Of a stretch of 53,928 bases of DNA, positions 21,540-30,200 are shown one piece after another. This DNA comes from Candidatus Hydrogenedentota bacterium (GTDB taxonomy: Bacteria > Hydrogenedentota > Hydrogenedentia > Hydrogenedentales > SLHB01): positions 30,997-84,924 of the forward strand of contig BTVY01000029.1 in the NCBI GenBank assembly GCA_045863335.1. Direction: 5' to 3'. Within the stretch, counting starts at the first letter, position 1. Each line of letters opens with the position of its first letter. Made by a program: the position numbers and the translations under genes. Below the pieces are notes generated by a model that saw only the letters and a program-made list of their open reading frames with translations, had not been told where the DNA came from and did no database searches.

Positions 21540-21933
21540 TTCCCAATCCTCCTTCGGGCGGTGACCGAGCCAGACCATGCGGTGCGTACTCGAACGAAAC
21601 CAGGCAACCCCTACGTCTGGTCAGTATATTCGATGAACGCAGGGTTTTGTGTCATCCGAAATCGCCGGAAGCATCTGTAACGCCGCTGCCGGGACATCGG
21701 TACTGTAGATGCGCCCGAACCGCGGGTTTGCCTTACGACGCGTGTGCAAAGGCTGAGCGAAAGCAGCTTTGCCTTCAGCCCCGGTACGTGGTGATTTCAG
21801 GAAGGAGTGCGTCGCGTGCGGCGTGGCGTGCGAATTCAAGTGCGCCGCGTCGTTGCGGAAGACGTGCTGATTTTTCGTCGGAGGCGCAATCGATTCGCTT
21901 CGCTACCACAGGCGGAGCGATCGAGAGCGGCGA

Positions 21934-22050
21934 ATGGCGAACATTGTGGGTCCGGCTGGGATCGGGTCGCACACGTCACAAGGGGATTTACAACAGGTCC
22001 AGGCCCAATACCCTTTGTTGCCGGTCCCAGTCCGGAATCCACAATGCCAT
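21934..22050. ncRNA. Long imperfect hairpin; candidate structured RNA or non-autonomous element
   Basis: CATTGTGG-GTCCGG-CTGGGATCGG pairs with CCGGTCCCAG-TCCGGA-ATCCACAATG; inner ACAAGGGGATT pairs with AATACCCTTTGT. Confidence 0.4.
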
Positions 22051-22052
22051 CC

Positions 22053-22072
22053 TAAACCCGGCTGCGGCCGGG
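22053..22072 (-). terminator. Putative terminator of the FNR gene
   Basis: Minus strand CCCGGC-CGCA-GCCGGG-TTTA, 8 nt after the stop codon; the U tract is short. Confidence 0.4.
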
Positions 22073-22080
22073 AAGCAATC

Positions 22081-22944
22081 TTAGTAGATCAGCTCCGCCC
22101 AGCGGTCGCAGGCGATAAGGTGCTTCTTCAGCCGGAGCCATTTCTCATCCGACCCAGCCATCTTCGCGAGCGCCTTGTCGAGCATGTCGCTTACCTGTTC
22201 AAGACCGGCCACATAAACGTACGTGTTCGGGTCCTGCAACATCTCCCAGACTTCCGAGGCGTTCTCCGAAAGGGTGCGCTCCAGATCGACGGGCTCGTTC
22301 AAATGCGGCCGTGGGCTGACTGACTCGAAGGCCTTGAACGTTTCCTTGTCGTAATAATTCCCCAAGTCGTTCTTCTGGTCGTTCATGTACAACAGTTCCA
22401 TGCCGCGCTTCGCGCCGTAGAACAGCCGCACCTTGCCCTTCCACTCGCCGACCTCGTCGTAGATGTGTTTCACGAACGCGCGGAACGGGGCAATGCCCGT
22501 GCCCATGCCGATCATGAGGATGTTGGCCGTGGGATCTTCCGGCAGGGTGAACGCGATGCCGTAGGGCCCCGTCAACGTAATCGTGTCGCCGGGCTGCAAA
22601 TCGCACAGATAGTTGGACGCGACGCCGGGATACCGTTCGCCGTTGACTTCGTCGATGTAAAAACAGCGCCGCACGCACAGCGACATCGTCGACGTGCCCG
22701 GCTTCTCGCCTTTCTCGGTGCTGGCCACCGAGTAGAGGCGGAAGTGGTTCTCATTGCCGAACTCGTGAGGTCCCGGAATGAGCAGGCCAACGCTCTGGCC
22801 GAGTTTGAAGTGAAACTCCCCCTTGTCGACTTCCAGGACAATGTGCCGGACTTCGTCCGGGGAATCTTCCGGGGTGATGCGGGTGCTTTCGAGGACTTTA
22901 CCCTCGAAGGTGGTGGAAACGTCGTACTCTTGCAGGCGCGCCAT
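22081..22944 (-). CDS. Ferredoxin--NADP+ reductase, plant/BoxA-like type
   Basis: RLYSVAS, GVASNYLCDL, TGPYG, MGTGIAPFR, YVAGL, C-terminal ELIY; AAGGAG RBS. Confidence 0.88.
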   Translation of the reverse strand: MARLQEYDVSTTFEGKVLESTRITPEDSPDEVRHIVLEVDKGEFHFKLGQSVGLLIPGPHEFGNENHFRLYSVASTEKGEKPGTSTMSLCVRRCFYIDEVNGERYPGVASNYLCDLQPGDTITLTGPYGIAFTLPEDPTANILMIGMGTGIAPFRAFVKHIYDEVGEWKGKVRLFYGAKRGMELLYMNDQKNDLGNYYDKETFKAFESVSPRPHLNEPVDLERTLSENASEVWEMLQDPNTYVYVAGLEQVSDMLDKALAKMAGSDEKWLRLKKHLIACDRWAELIY

Positions 22945-23129
22945 GACCGTAATCTCCTTTGTTCACTCGCGCCTGGCGGCGGAGAAGTTAAAGGCTCCAG
23001 CTACTGAATTCGATCCCCCAACCCGTTGCCGGGTAGACAGTAAGCCGGATACGGCCCCGCGGAATGCGCGTTTCGCGGTGTCGGATTCGCTTCCCAAATT
23101 CCCCCCGGACGGGCGCGATCAGTACCGGT

Positions 23130-23159
23130 ATTGTAAGGGGCGGGGGTGAGATCTGTCAA
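23130..23159 (-). promoter_or_regulatory. Near-consensus sigma70 promoter driving a structured leader and the FNR gene
   Basis: Minus strand reads TTGACA-N18-TACAAT. Confidence 0.7.
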
Positions 23160-23177
23160 TTTTTCCGGAAGAAATAC

Positions 23178-23213
23178 AATAGGACTTATAGGACGAATAG
23201 GACCTATAGGACG
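23178..23213 (+). repeat. 9-bp TAGGAC tandem array 1 (downstream of the four-helix-bundle gene)
   Basis: AATAGGACT-TATAGGACG-AATAGGACC-TATAGGACG. Confidence 0.92.
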
Positions 23214-23301
23214 GATCGGGAGACGGCGTATTCGCCAATTCGGCGAGGATCCGTGGGTCGAGCGAGGATTCATTGCCTTTGGTGACGTCATACAGGATGG
23301 A

Positions 23302-23883
23302 CTACTCGTCTTGGGCGCGTTTTCGGCGCTGTTCCTCGCGGCGGTGGAGGCGCGCACGGGTCATCCGCTCGCGGACGCCGCCTTCTTCGAGAAAGTCCTG
23401 TTCGAGCCGGCGAACCTGCTGGTCGAGCAAGTAGTTCGTCTGGTGAATCAGGCAGATGACAATATTCGCAACAATCTCGGGGGGTCGAGTCTCGACAATT
23501 GTCTTATACGTCTCATAGGTCCTATTCGTCTTATATCCCATTTTGCGCACATACAAGGCCTCTTCGCTGTCTTTGTTCCAGAGCAGATGACCCCTTGTCC
23601 TCAAGAAGTCCGTGTAGTCGACGAGCAATTCCTCCAGACTCGCGCGCGCTACCTTAGTTAGCTTCAGCTCGGTTTCCTTCGATGTACCGGAGGCTTGGCT
23701 TCCTTCGACAATGTTCTGCTTACCCGACCGGGCCGCTTGGATCATCTGCCCGTGCGTTCGGTCGCGTTTCACGTCCAAGAAATTGTTGCAAAAATAGACC
23801 GTTGCGTCATAGACAATTTCGGCGTTCTGGTAGGAGCGGAGTTGGGCGTAGCCGCCATGGGGTGGAATAAACCCGTCGGCCAT
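23302..23883 (-). CDS. Four-helix-bundle protein with suffix domain (23S rRNA IVS protein/Avd-like fold; TIGR02436 + TIGR04258-like)
   Basis: MADGFIPPHGGY, QMIQAARSGKQNIVEGS, SKETELKLTKVARASLEELLVDY, HQTNYLLDQQ..LEQDFLEEGGVRERMTRAR; AAGGAGGT RBS at 23891-23898 supports the ATG at 23883 (193 aa). Confidence 0.9.
   Translation of the reverse strand: MADGFIPPHGGYAQLRSYQNAEIVYDATVYFCNNFLDVKRDRTHGQMIQAARSGKQNIVEGSQASGTSKETELKLTKVARASLEELLVDYTDFLRTRGHLLWNKDSEEALYVRKMGYKTNRTYETYKTIVETRPPEIVANIVICLIHQTNYLLDQQVRRLEQDFLEEGGVRERMTRARLHRREEQRRKRAQDE
23501..23536 (-). repeat. 9-bp tandem array 2, in frame inside the four-helix-bundle CDS
   Basis: GTCTTATAC-GTCTCATAG-GTCCTATTC-GTCTTATAT; encodes YKT-NRT-YET-YKT. 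Confidence 0.85.
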
Positions 23884-23901
23884 GATTAACACCTCCTTAA
23901 A

Positions 23902-23938
23902 CCTATAGGACCTATAGGACTCATAGGACCAATAGGAC
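23902..23938 (+). repeat. 9-bp TAGGAC tandem array 3 (abuts the RBS)
   Basis: CCTATAGGA-CCTATAGGA-CTCATAGGA-CCAATAGGA-C. Confidence 0.92.
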
Positions 23939-24028
23939 CAACAGACCGAAGTCACTCGAAAACGGAACTTTGCGGGACCATCTCCTGGAGTATTGCTCAA
24001 GCGTTCGCCCAAGGCCCGCCCATCCCGG

Positions 24029-24064
24029 GTCCTATACGTCCTATTTGTCCTATAGGTCCTAATT
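24029..24064 (-). repeat. 9-bp GTCCTA tandem array 4 (inverted relative to arrays 1 and 3)
   Basis: GTCCTATAC-GTCCTATTT-GTCCTATAG-GTCCTAATT. Confidence 0.92.
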
Positions 24065-24187
24065 CTTCATTGTCCAACGCGATCTACCATATCAGCAGCA
24101 CCTCAATCGACTCCCCCTCCTGTTCTTGCCCAAGCAGATACCTTAGCGCTACGATTCCGGAAAGAACAGCATCCTGTGGAGCAAACC

Positions 24188-25792
24188 ATGAAACCGTTCT
24201 CAGTAGCACGAGCGATCGTTCTGACCCTGATAGCCATACCCGCCTCCTACCCCGAAATCACCCACGACCTTCCCGCCTCTGTCTTCGTCGACAAGTGCAA
24301 AGGCGCGTGGGCAGGCCAGATGATCGGTGTCTGTTACGGCGCGCCGTACGAGTTTCGCTCGAATGGTGAACCCATCACGGATGATCTTCAGCCTTGGTCG
24401 CCGGAGCGCGTGGCGGGCGCTATCGGACAGGACGACTGCTATGTCGAGATGACCTTCCTAAAGGCCCTGGAGGACTACGGACTCGACATCACCTATGCCG
24501 AAGCCGGAAAGGCTTTCGCGGATACGCAGTATCCCCTGTGGCACGCGAACCTGTACGGACGCGAAAACTGCCGTCGCGGGATTTTACCGCCGCTTTCCGG
24601 GCACCCCGACTTCAACCGTCATGCCGACGACATCGACTTCCAAATCGAAGCAGACCTGTTCGGCATCGTGAGTCCGGGACTGCCGCGGGAATCGAACCGG
24701 ATGTGCGGCATATTCGGCCGGATCATGAACTACGGCGATGGCCTCTATGGAGGGATGTTTGTCGCCGGGATGTATTCGGCGGCCTACCTGCGCGACGCGG
24801 ACGAGATTCCCGCGATCATCGATGAAGGCCTCGCCTGTATCCCTTCGGAGTCGGAATACTATCGCTGCATCTCCGACGTCGTCGCCTGGCACCGCGAGAA
24901 TCCCGGTGACTGGATGGCCACCTGGCAGCGCATTGAAGACAAATGGCAGGACGACGTCGACTGCATGCGCGGAAATGACTTCAACATCGACGCCAAACTG
25001 AACGGCGCGTACATCGTCATGGGGCTGCTGTACGGCGAAGGTGACCCCGTCAAGACCATGGAAATCGGCACCCGTTGCGGGCAGGACGCGGACTGCAATC
25101 CTTCCAATGCCATGGGCGTGCTGGGCTGCGCGATGGGGTACGAAGGCTTGGGCGAGGCGCTAACCGGCGGTATCGCCGCCATGCGCGACGAAAACTTCTC
25201 CCACACCGACTACTCGTTTGACACGTTGATCCCTGCCTGCCAAACGATCGCAGAGTCGATTGTCCGCCGCGCCGGCGGAACGATTGCGGGCGACACCTAT
25301 ACGATCCCGATCCAATCGCCGCAGCCGCCGGATACGCTTGAACAGTGGGTTCATCAAGTCGAAGCGCTGGACGAGGCATTACCACAAAACGTCGTCGACC
25401 TGTGGAATCCCGCGTGGCGCGTCATCGCCTGCGGGCACGACATGGACCCCGGACTTCGAAGTCAGGAGTTTGGACGCGAGAGCGTGTTGGTCCTTCACCC
25501 GGTGAACGAACAGACGCCCGCCGCCATCGTTGGTTCGTTCTCCATCCCTGGCGGCGGCAGTCCTCGCCTTGCCATTGAGACCACCTCGCACCCGCGCGGC
25601 GACTACCTCCTGCGCGTCTTCATCAACGAAGAGTTGAAATTGGAACGCGTCATCGAATCGAAGGGGGAATGGACGAACGTCAAAGTCGATCTCATGCCGT
25701 ACACCGGAAAAGGCATCGACGTTCGAATTGAGAATGCAGCAAACGGTTGGTCCTTTGAAGCGGCGTACCTCGCGCGGATCGCCATTGAATAG
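24188..25792 (+). CDS. Secreted ADP-ribosylglycohydrolase-family protein with C-terminal beta-sandwich domain
   Basis: Signal-like N terminus; DKCKGAWAGQMIGVCYGAPYEF, QDDCYVE, DDIDFQIEAD, CGQDADCNPS. Confidence 0.8.
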   Translation: MKPFSVARAIVLTLIAIPASYPEITHDLPASVFVDKCKGAWAGQMIGVCYGAPYEFRSNGEPITDDLQPWSPERVAGAIGQDDCYVEMTFLKALEDYGLDITYAEAGKAFADTQYPLWHANLYGRENCRRGILPPLSGHPDFNRHADDIDFQIEADLFGIVSPGLPRESNRMCGIFGRIMNYGDGLYGGMFVAGMYSAAYLRDADEIPAIIDEGLACIPSESEYYRCISDVVAWHRENPGDWMATWQRIEDKWQDDVDCMRGNDFNIDAKLNGAYIVMGLLYGEGDPVKTMEIGTRCGQDADCNPSNAMGVLGCAMGYEGLGEALTGGIAAMRDENFSHTDYSFDTLIPACQTIAESIVRRAGGTIAGDTYTIPIQSPQPPDTLEQWVHQVEALDEALPQNVVDLWNPAWRVIACGHDMDPGLRSQEFGRESVLVLHPVNEQTPAAIVGSFSIPGGGSPRLAIETTSHPRGDYLLRVFINEELKLERVIESKGEWTNVKVDLMPYTGKGIDVRIENAANGWSFEAAYLARIAIE

Positions 25793-25810
25793 GTCTGCAA
25801 ACGGCGGATC

Positions 25811-27040
25811 TCAGGTTTGGGCATTCGCCAACCGGCTTCCCGCCGGCGATCCCTCCCTGGCAAGCCGTTCAAAAATGTCCGCGGCTGCGGCTGCCCCGTC
25901 CGCGTTCTTCACGGCCTTCGATAACCCGCGCGCCGCCTCGGCATACGAAGAGTCCGACATCAGGCGCTCGAGATTTCGCAACAGCTTTCGCGCCGAGACC
26001 CGTCGTGCCCGCATCTTGATGCAGAACCCGTGGCGGACCCCGACCTTCGTGATCACGTCTTGCTCCAGGTGGGAGGGTAGCGCGATCATCGGCACGCCGG
26101 CCTGGAGCGCCTGATACATGGTGCCATTGCCGCCGTGGAAGATCAGCGCTTTGCTGCGTTTGAGGATTTCCAGGCCTGGCGCGTAGTCGGTGATGCGGAA
26201 GTTCGGCGGCGCCTTCCGAATTGTCTCCTCCCGGGCCTGGCCGCCCGTTGTGACGACGAAACGATAAGGCGCGTCTTTCAGCACGCGATACACCCGTTGC
26301 AGGAAATCGTCCAGGAACCCGGTCGACCCCATGGTGATGTACACGTTCGGCGTGCCGTCATCGAGTTCGTCGACCCAGCCCGGCAGCGGCCCCGGCACTT
26401 CAGAACGGATGGGCCCCACCGTTTGAAAATGCGGGAAATAAGAGGGGGCCTCGTACAACTCTGGCAAGTCAGGCGAAACCAGCGGAATGGACCTTAACAA
26501 CTGCAGCGCATTGACCGGCTCAACGCCATAGCGATCGTAGACCCGCGTGCGGATAGGCGCCAGTATCAACCGGTCGTACAACCGTGCCAGCGGATGGAAC
26601 GCGGACTGCGGCGAAAGGAAATGGCTGGCGTATGCGTTCATGATGCAGGCGGCGGGCGTAGCCGTTATATATGCGGAGGTGGAAGCGCTGATGGACGCAT
26701 CGCCGATCACCAGGTCCGGTTCTTCCCGGCGTATGAGTTCCACCTGGTCTTCGATGATTCCTTGCAGGGGTACCCACTTGTGCAGGGTGTGGAGATCGAG
26801 GGCCGAAGCGGTCCAACCGTATTTCTCGAATCGATCCCAGCCATAGGGATGGAACGGCTCCCGGACCCGCTCCAAGCGGAAGCCGGCCTTTCGCACAAGG
26901 CCAAGCTTGGAGCGCGGGTGCTGGGGATCATCGCCGGCAAAAATCACTTGGTGGCCCTGGGCGCGCAGGACCTTTGCTATCTCCAGGCAGCGAGAGGTGT
27001 GGGCGAGTACGTACCCCAGCGGGAAGAAGATGAACTTCAT
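25811..27040 (-). CDS. GT1/MGT-family glycosyltransferase (GT-B fold)
   Basis: LAHTSRCLEIAKVLRAQGHQVIFAG, VYITMGSTG, IFHGGNGT, GVPMIALPSHLEQ; start trimmed to the ATG at 27040. Confidence 0.88.
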   Translation of the reverse strand: MKFIFFPLGYVLAHTSRCLEIAKVLRAQGHQVIFAGDDPQHPRSKLGLVRKAGFRLERVREPFHPYGWDRFEKYGWTASALDLHTLHKWVPLQGIIEDQVELIRREEPDLVIGDASISASTSAYITATPAACIMNAYASHFLSPQSAFHPLARLYDRLILAPIRTRVYDRYGVEPVNALQLLRSIPLVSPDLPELYEAPSYFPHFQTVGPIRSEVPGPLPGWVDELDDGTPNVYITMGSTGFLDDFLQRVYRVLKDAPYRFVVTTGGQAREETIRKAPPNFRITDYAPGLEILKRSKALIFHGGNGTMYQALQAGVPMIALPSHLEQDVITKVGVRHGFCIKMRARRVSARKLLRNLERLMSDSSYAEAARGLSKAVKNADGAAAAADIFERLAREGSPAGSRLANAQT

Positions 27041-27209
27041 CCGTTCGAAAGATCCGTCTCGGTACGCGTCCCGCGCCTTCGGGGTATGACTTGATAAACT
27101 GACGTAGCTGCTCACGATCACAAACGCAAATGCTCTGCTTCTCTAACCACCGCTCCGCAGCGGCGCACTGGAAATCGGTGCGAGGCGCCGCGCGAAGGCC
27201 AGCCGTATT

Positions 27210-30200
27210 CTACACGACCGACGCTTCCTCAGCGACAGGCACCGGTTCCGCCTCCCAACGGCGGTCCGCAACGTCCAGGCAGTCCTGGATCTCCGCTGCA
27301 ACGCCTTTGGCGTCCGGATCGGCCAACATGGAAATGTGGTTCCCTGGCACCGGCCTGGAATCGATTCGGCCTTTCACGAATGGCTTCCACCCGAGGGTCT
27401 TGTCGGTAAGCCACCGTCGCAACAAACCGCTTCGCGTCGAGGTGACCCACGTGTCGCGCGCAAGTTGAGGGAGGCCGCGCACCACGGCGCGCCAGTCGCG
27501 CTTGACCAGGGCCCAGATCTGGCGCATGGACGGCACAAAGGAATCTTCGGGGATAACCGCGAAGAACCCGCTCGTATACAAATACGCTACATTGCCGGAG
27601 TAGGGTTCCGGACAATATCGCATCGATGCCTTCATTCCCGCGCGGCAGTTCTCGACCAGGCCGGAGATCGCGCCGGGTCCCGCGCTTGGCGCGAGAAAGT
27701 TGACGCGCTTCAACTCCTGAAGGACGGCCTCGTACTGGGCGTCGTGGTCGAGCTTGCGCAGGTGGCGATAGCGCAACTCGATGGGCGTCGAGAAAAAGTA
27801 CTCCACCATCATCATCACGCTCGCCAACCACATGGCGTCGTCCGCCGCGTCCAACAAGAGATCGTAAAGGTTATTGCCGCGGTCGCCGGGGATCGGCGCG
27901 AAGCTGTCCATGAGGACGATCGCGCCGACTTCATGCCCCTGTTGTTCCAGTTGTCTCGCCATTTCAAACGCAATCGTGCCGCCGGACGAGTGGCCGCCGA
28001 TATGGTATGGACCTTCCGGCCGGACGGATCGCATCGCCTCGACGTAGCACGCCGCCGTTTCTTCGATGGTGTCGAATATGCGGCCCACGCCATTGATAGC
28101 GGGCGCCTGCAAGCCGTAGAAGGGCCGATCGGAGTCGATATGTTGCGCGATTGGGATATAGCAGAACACCGTGCCGGGAGCCGGATGCACGCAGAAGAAA
28201 GGCGCTTTCGAACCTTCCGGCCGTATGGGGACCAATACGGAATCGGAGACGCGGTTCTGCGAACGCAAAATGCACGCAAGCCGCTCGATCGTGGGCGCCT
28301 CGAACAGTTTCGCCGGCGCCAAACGCTGGCCAAACCGGCTCTCGATCTCGTCCATCAATTGGACCGCCGACAGCGAGTGCCCGCCCAAATCGAAGAAGTT
28401 GTCGGTAACGCCGACCGGCCGCACATCCAGCACGTGTTCCCAGATGCGCTCCAATTCCAGTTCCAGCGAATCCCGCGCGGCTTGCGCGGTCCCGCTGACT
28501 TCGCGCGCGCTGCGCGTGGGCTGAGGCAGCGCCTTCCGATCCACTTTGCCATTCGGGGTTAGCGGTAGCGTGTCCAGGGCGACAAATGCCGACGGCACCA
28601 TATACTCCGGCAAGGCGTGCCGGAGATACGCTCGCAGCTCGCCGTTGAACGACCGGCCGTTGGACTTGGTCACGACGTAGGCCACAAGGCGATGATCGTC
28701 AGGCACGTCTTCCCGCGCGATGACCACGTTGTCGGCAATGTCCGGATGCGCGGCGATTCGCGATTCGATCTCGCCAAGCTCGATTCGGTACCCGCGAATC
28801 TTGACTTGGTGATCCTTCCGCCCCAGGAACTCGATGTCCCCATTCAAGCGGTAGCGCGCCACGTCGCCCGTGCGGTAGAGGCGGTCGTTCGCTCCTGAAC
28901 CGAAGGGGTTCGGGATAAATCGTTCCGCCGTCAGGCCGGCGCGATTGAGGTAACCGCGGGCAACGCCGATGCCTCCGATGTACAGCTCGCCCGCGATACC
29001 CGGCGGCGTCACGCGCAGGGACTCGTCGAGGATATAGACCTGGGTATTCGCAATCGGTCTTCCGATGACCGGATCTTCAGTCGATGCTCCGTCGCATTCG
29101 GCAATCGTCGCGCACACGGTGGCCTCGGTAGGGCCGTAGGCGTTCAGAAACCGGCGGCCGGGCGCCCATTTCCCCACCACCGACGCTGGACAACGTTCAC
29201 CCGCCGCAATGACGGTCTTCAACTCCGAAAGATCCACCGGGTCGATAACCTTCAGCACAGACGGCGGAAGCGTGACCGTTGTGATCCGTTCATCACGCAA
29301 TACGCCTGCGAGGTCGTCAGCCGATGCCATGGTCTCCTGCCGGGCCAGGCACAAGGTCGCCCCGGCACACAGTGCCGTGAAGATCTCCGATACGGAAGCG
29401 TCGAAACTCAACGAGGCGAACTGGAGCAGGCGGCTGTTTCGGTCGATCTGAAAGGCGCTAATCTGCGCCGCGATCAGATTGCACAGTCCGCGGTGTTCTA
29501 AGAGGACGCCCTTCGGCGTTCCCGTCGACCCCGACGTATAGATAACGTACGCGAGATCGCAGGAGGTCGTGCTGCCATTCGGATTCGTGTCAGGGCAAGT
29601 GGCAAGAGTTGCCCAATCCGTGTCCAAGCATATTGCGCGCACCCCTGAGGCGGGTAGTAACTCCGATACTCGGGCCTGCGTCAGCAGCACGCGCACCTGC
29701 GCATCCTGGATCATAAAGGCCAGTCGTTCCGGCGGATACGACGGATCCAATGGCACATACGCGCCGCCCGCCTTCAAGATGCCGAGCACGCCCGCAATCA
29801 TGTCCAGCGAACGCTCGACGCACAACCCGACCATGGTTTCCGGACCAACACCTTCCAAGCGAAGGAAATGGGCGATTTGATTGGCCCGGGCGTTCAATTC
29901 CGCGTACGTTAGGGTGTTGGACTCAAAGACAACTGCGGTCGAATTGGGAGTCTGCTTCGCCTGCGCTTCAAACCATTCATGAGCGGTCTCGTATGGAGGA
30001 AGCGGCGCGTCAGTGCGATTGAGATCATCGACCAGACGCGTGCGCTCGTCCGCAGATAGCAACTCCATAGCGCTCACGGATCGAGACGGATCGTCGATCA
30101 TATAGTCCATGGCGCGCACGAACTGGTCGACCGTGAGTTGTTGCGCCTCGTCGTTGAACAGTGCGGTATTAAAGTCGAAGGTGATTCCCATGTTTCCGGA

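Noticed and set aside
21670-21735. c-di-GMP-I riboswitch (minus strand GGCAAACCC...GGGCGCA)
   Set aside because: It lacks the GNRA-capped P2 stem and the GCAAA/P3 elements; the resemblance is partial.
21308-22084. 258-aa plus-strand ORF filling the intergenic gap
   Set aside because: Arg/Ser-rich composition, no RBS or domain, and it overlaps a better-supported small gene and hairpins.
23030-23105. Cobalamin or NiCo riboswitch upstream of FNR
   Set aside because: GGGAA and ACTGT fragments are present but there is no B12 box or NiCo core; retained only as an unassigned structured leader.
23884-24012. 43-aa N-terminal extension of the four-helix-bundle ORF (WSYWSYESYRSYR)
   Set aside because: It is only the translation of repeat array 3; a strong RBS supports the ATG at 23883.
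23178-24064. Diversity-generating retroelement (Avd-like gene)
   Set aside because: No reverse transcriptase and no template/variable repeat pair differing at adenines was seen in the window.
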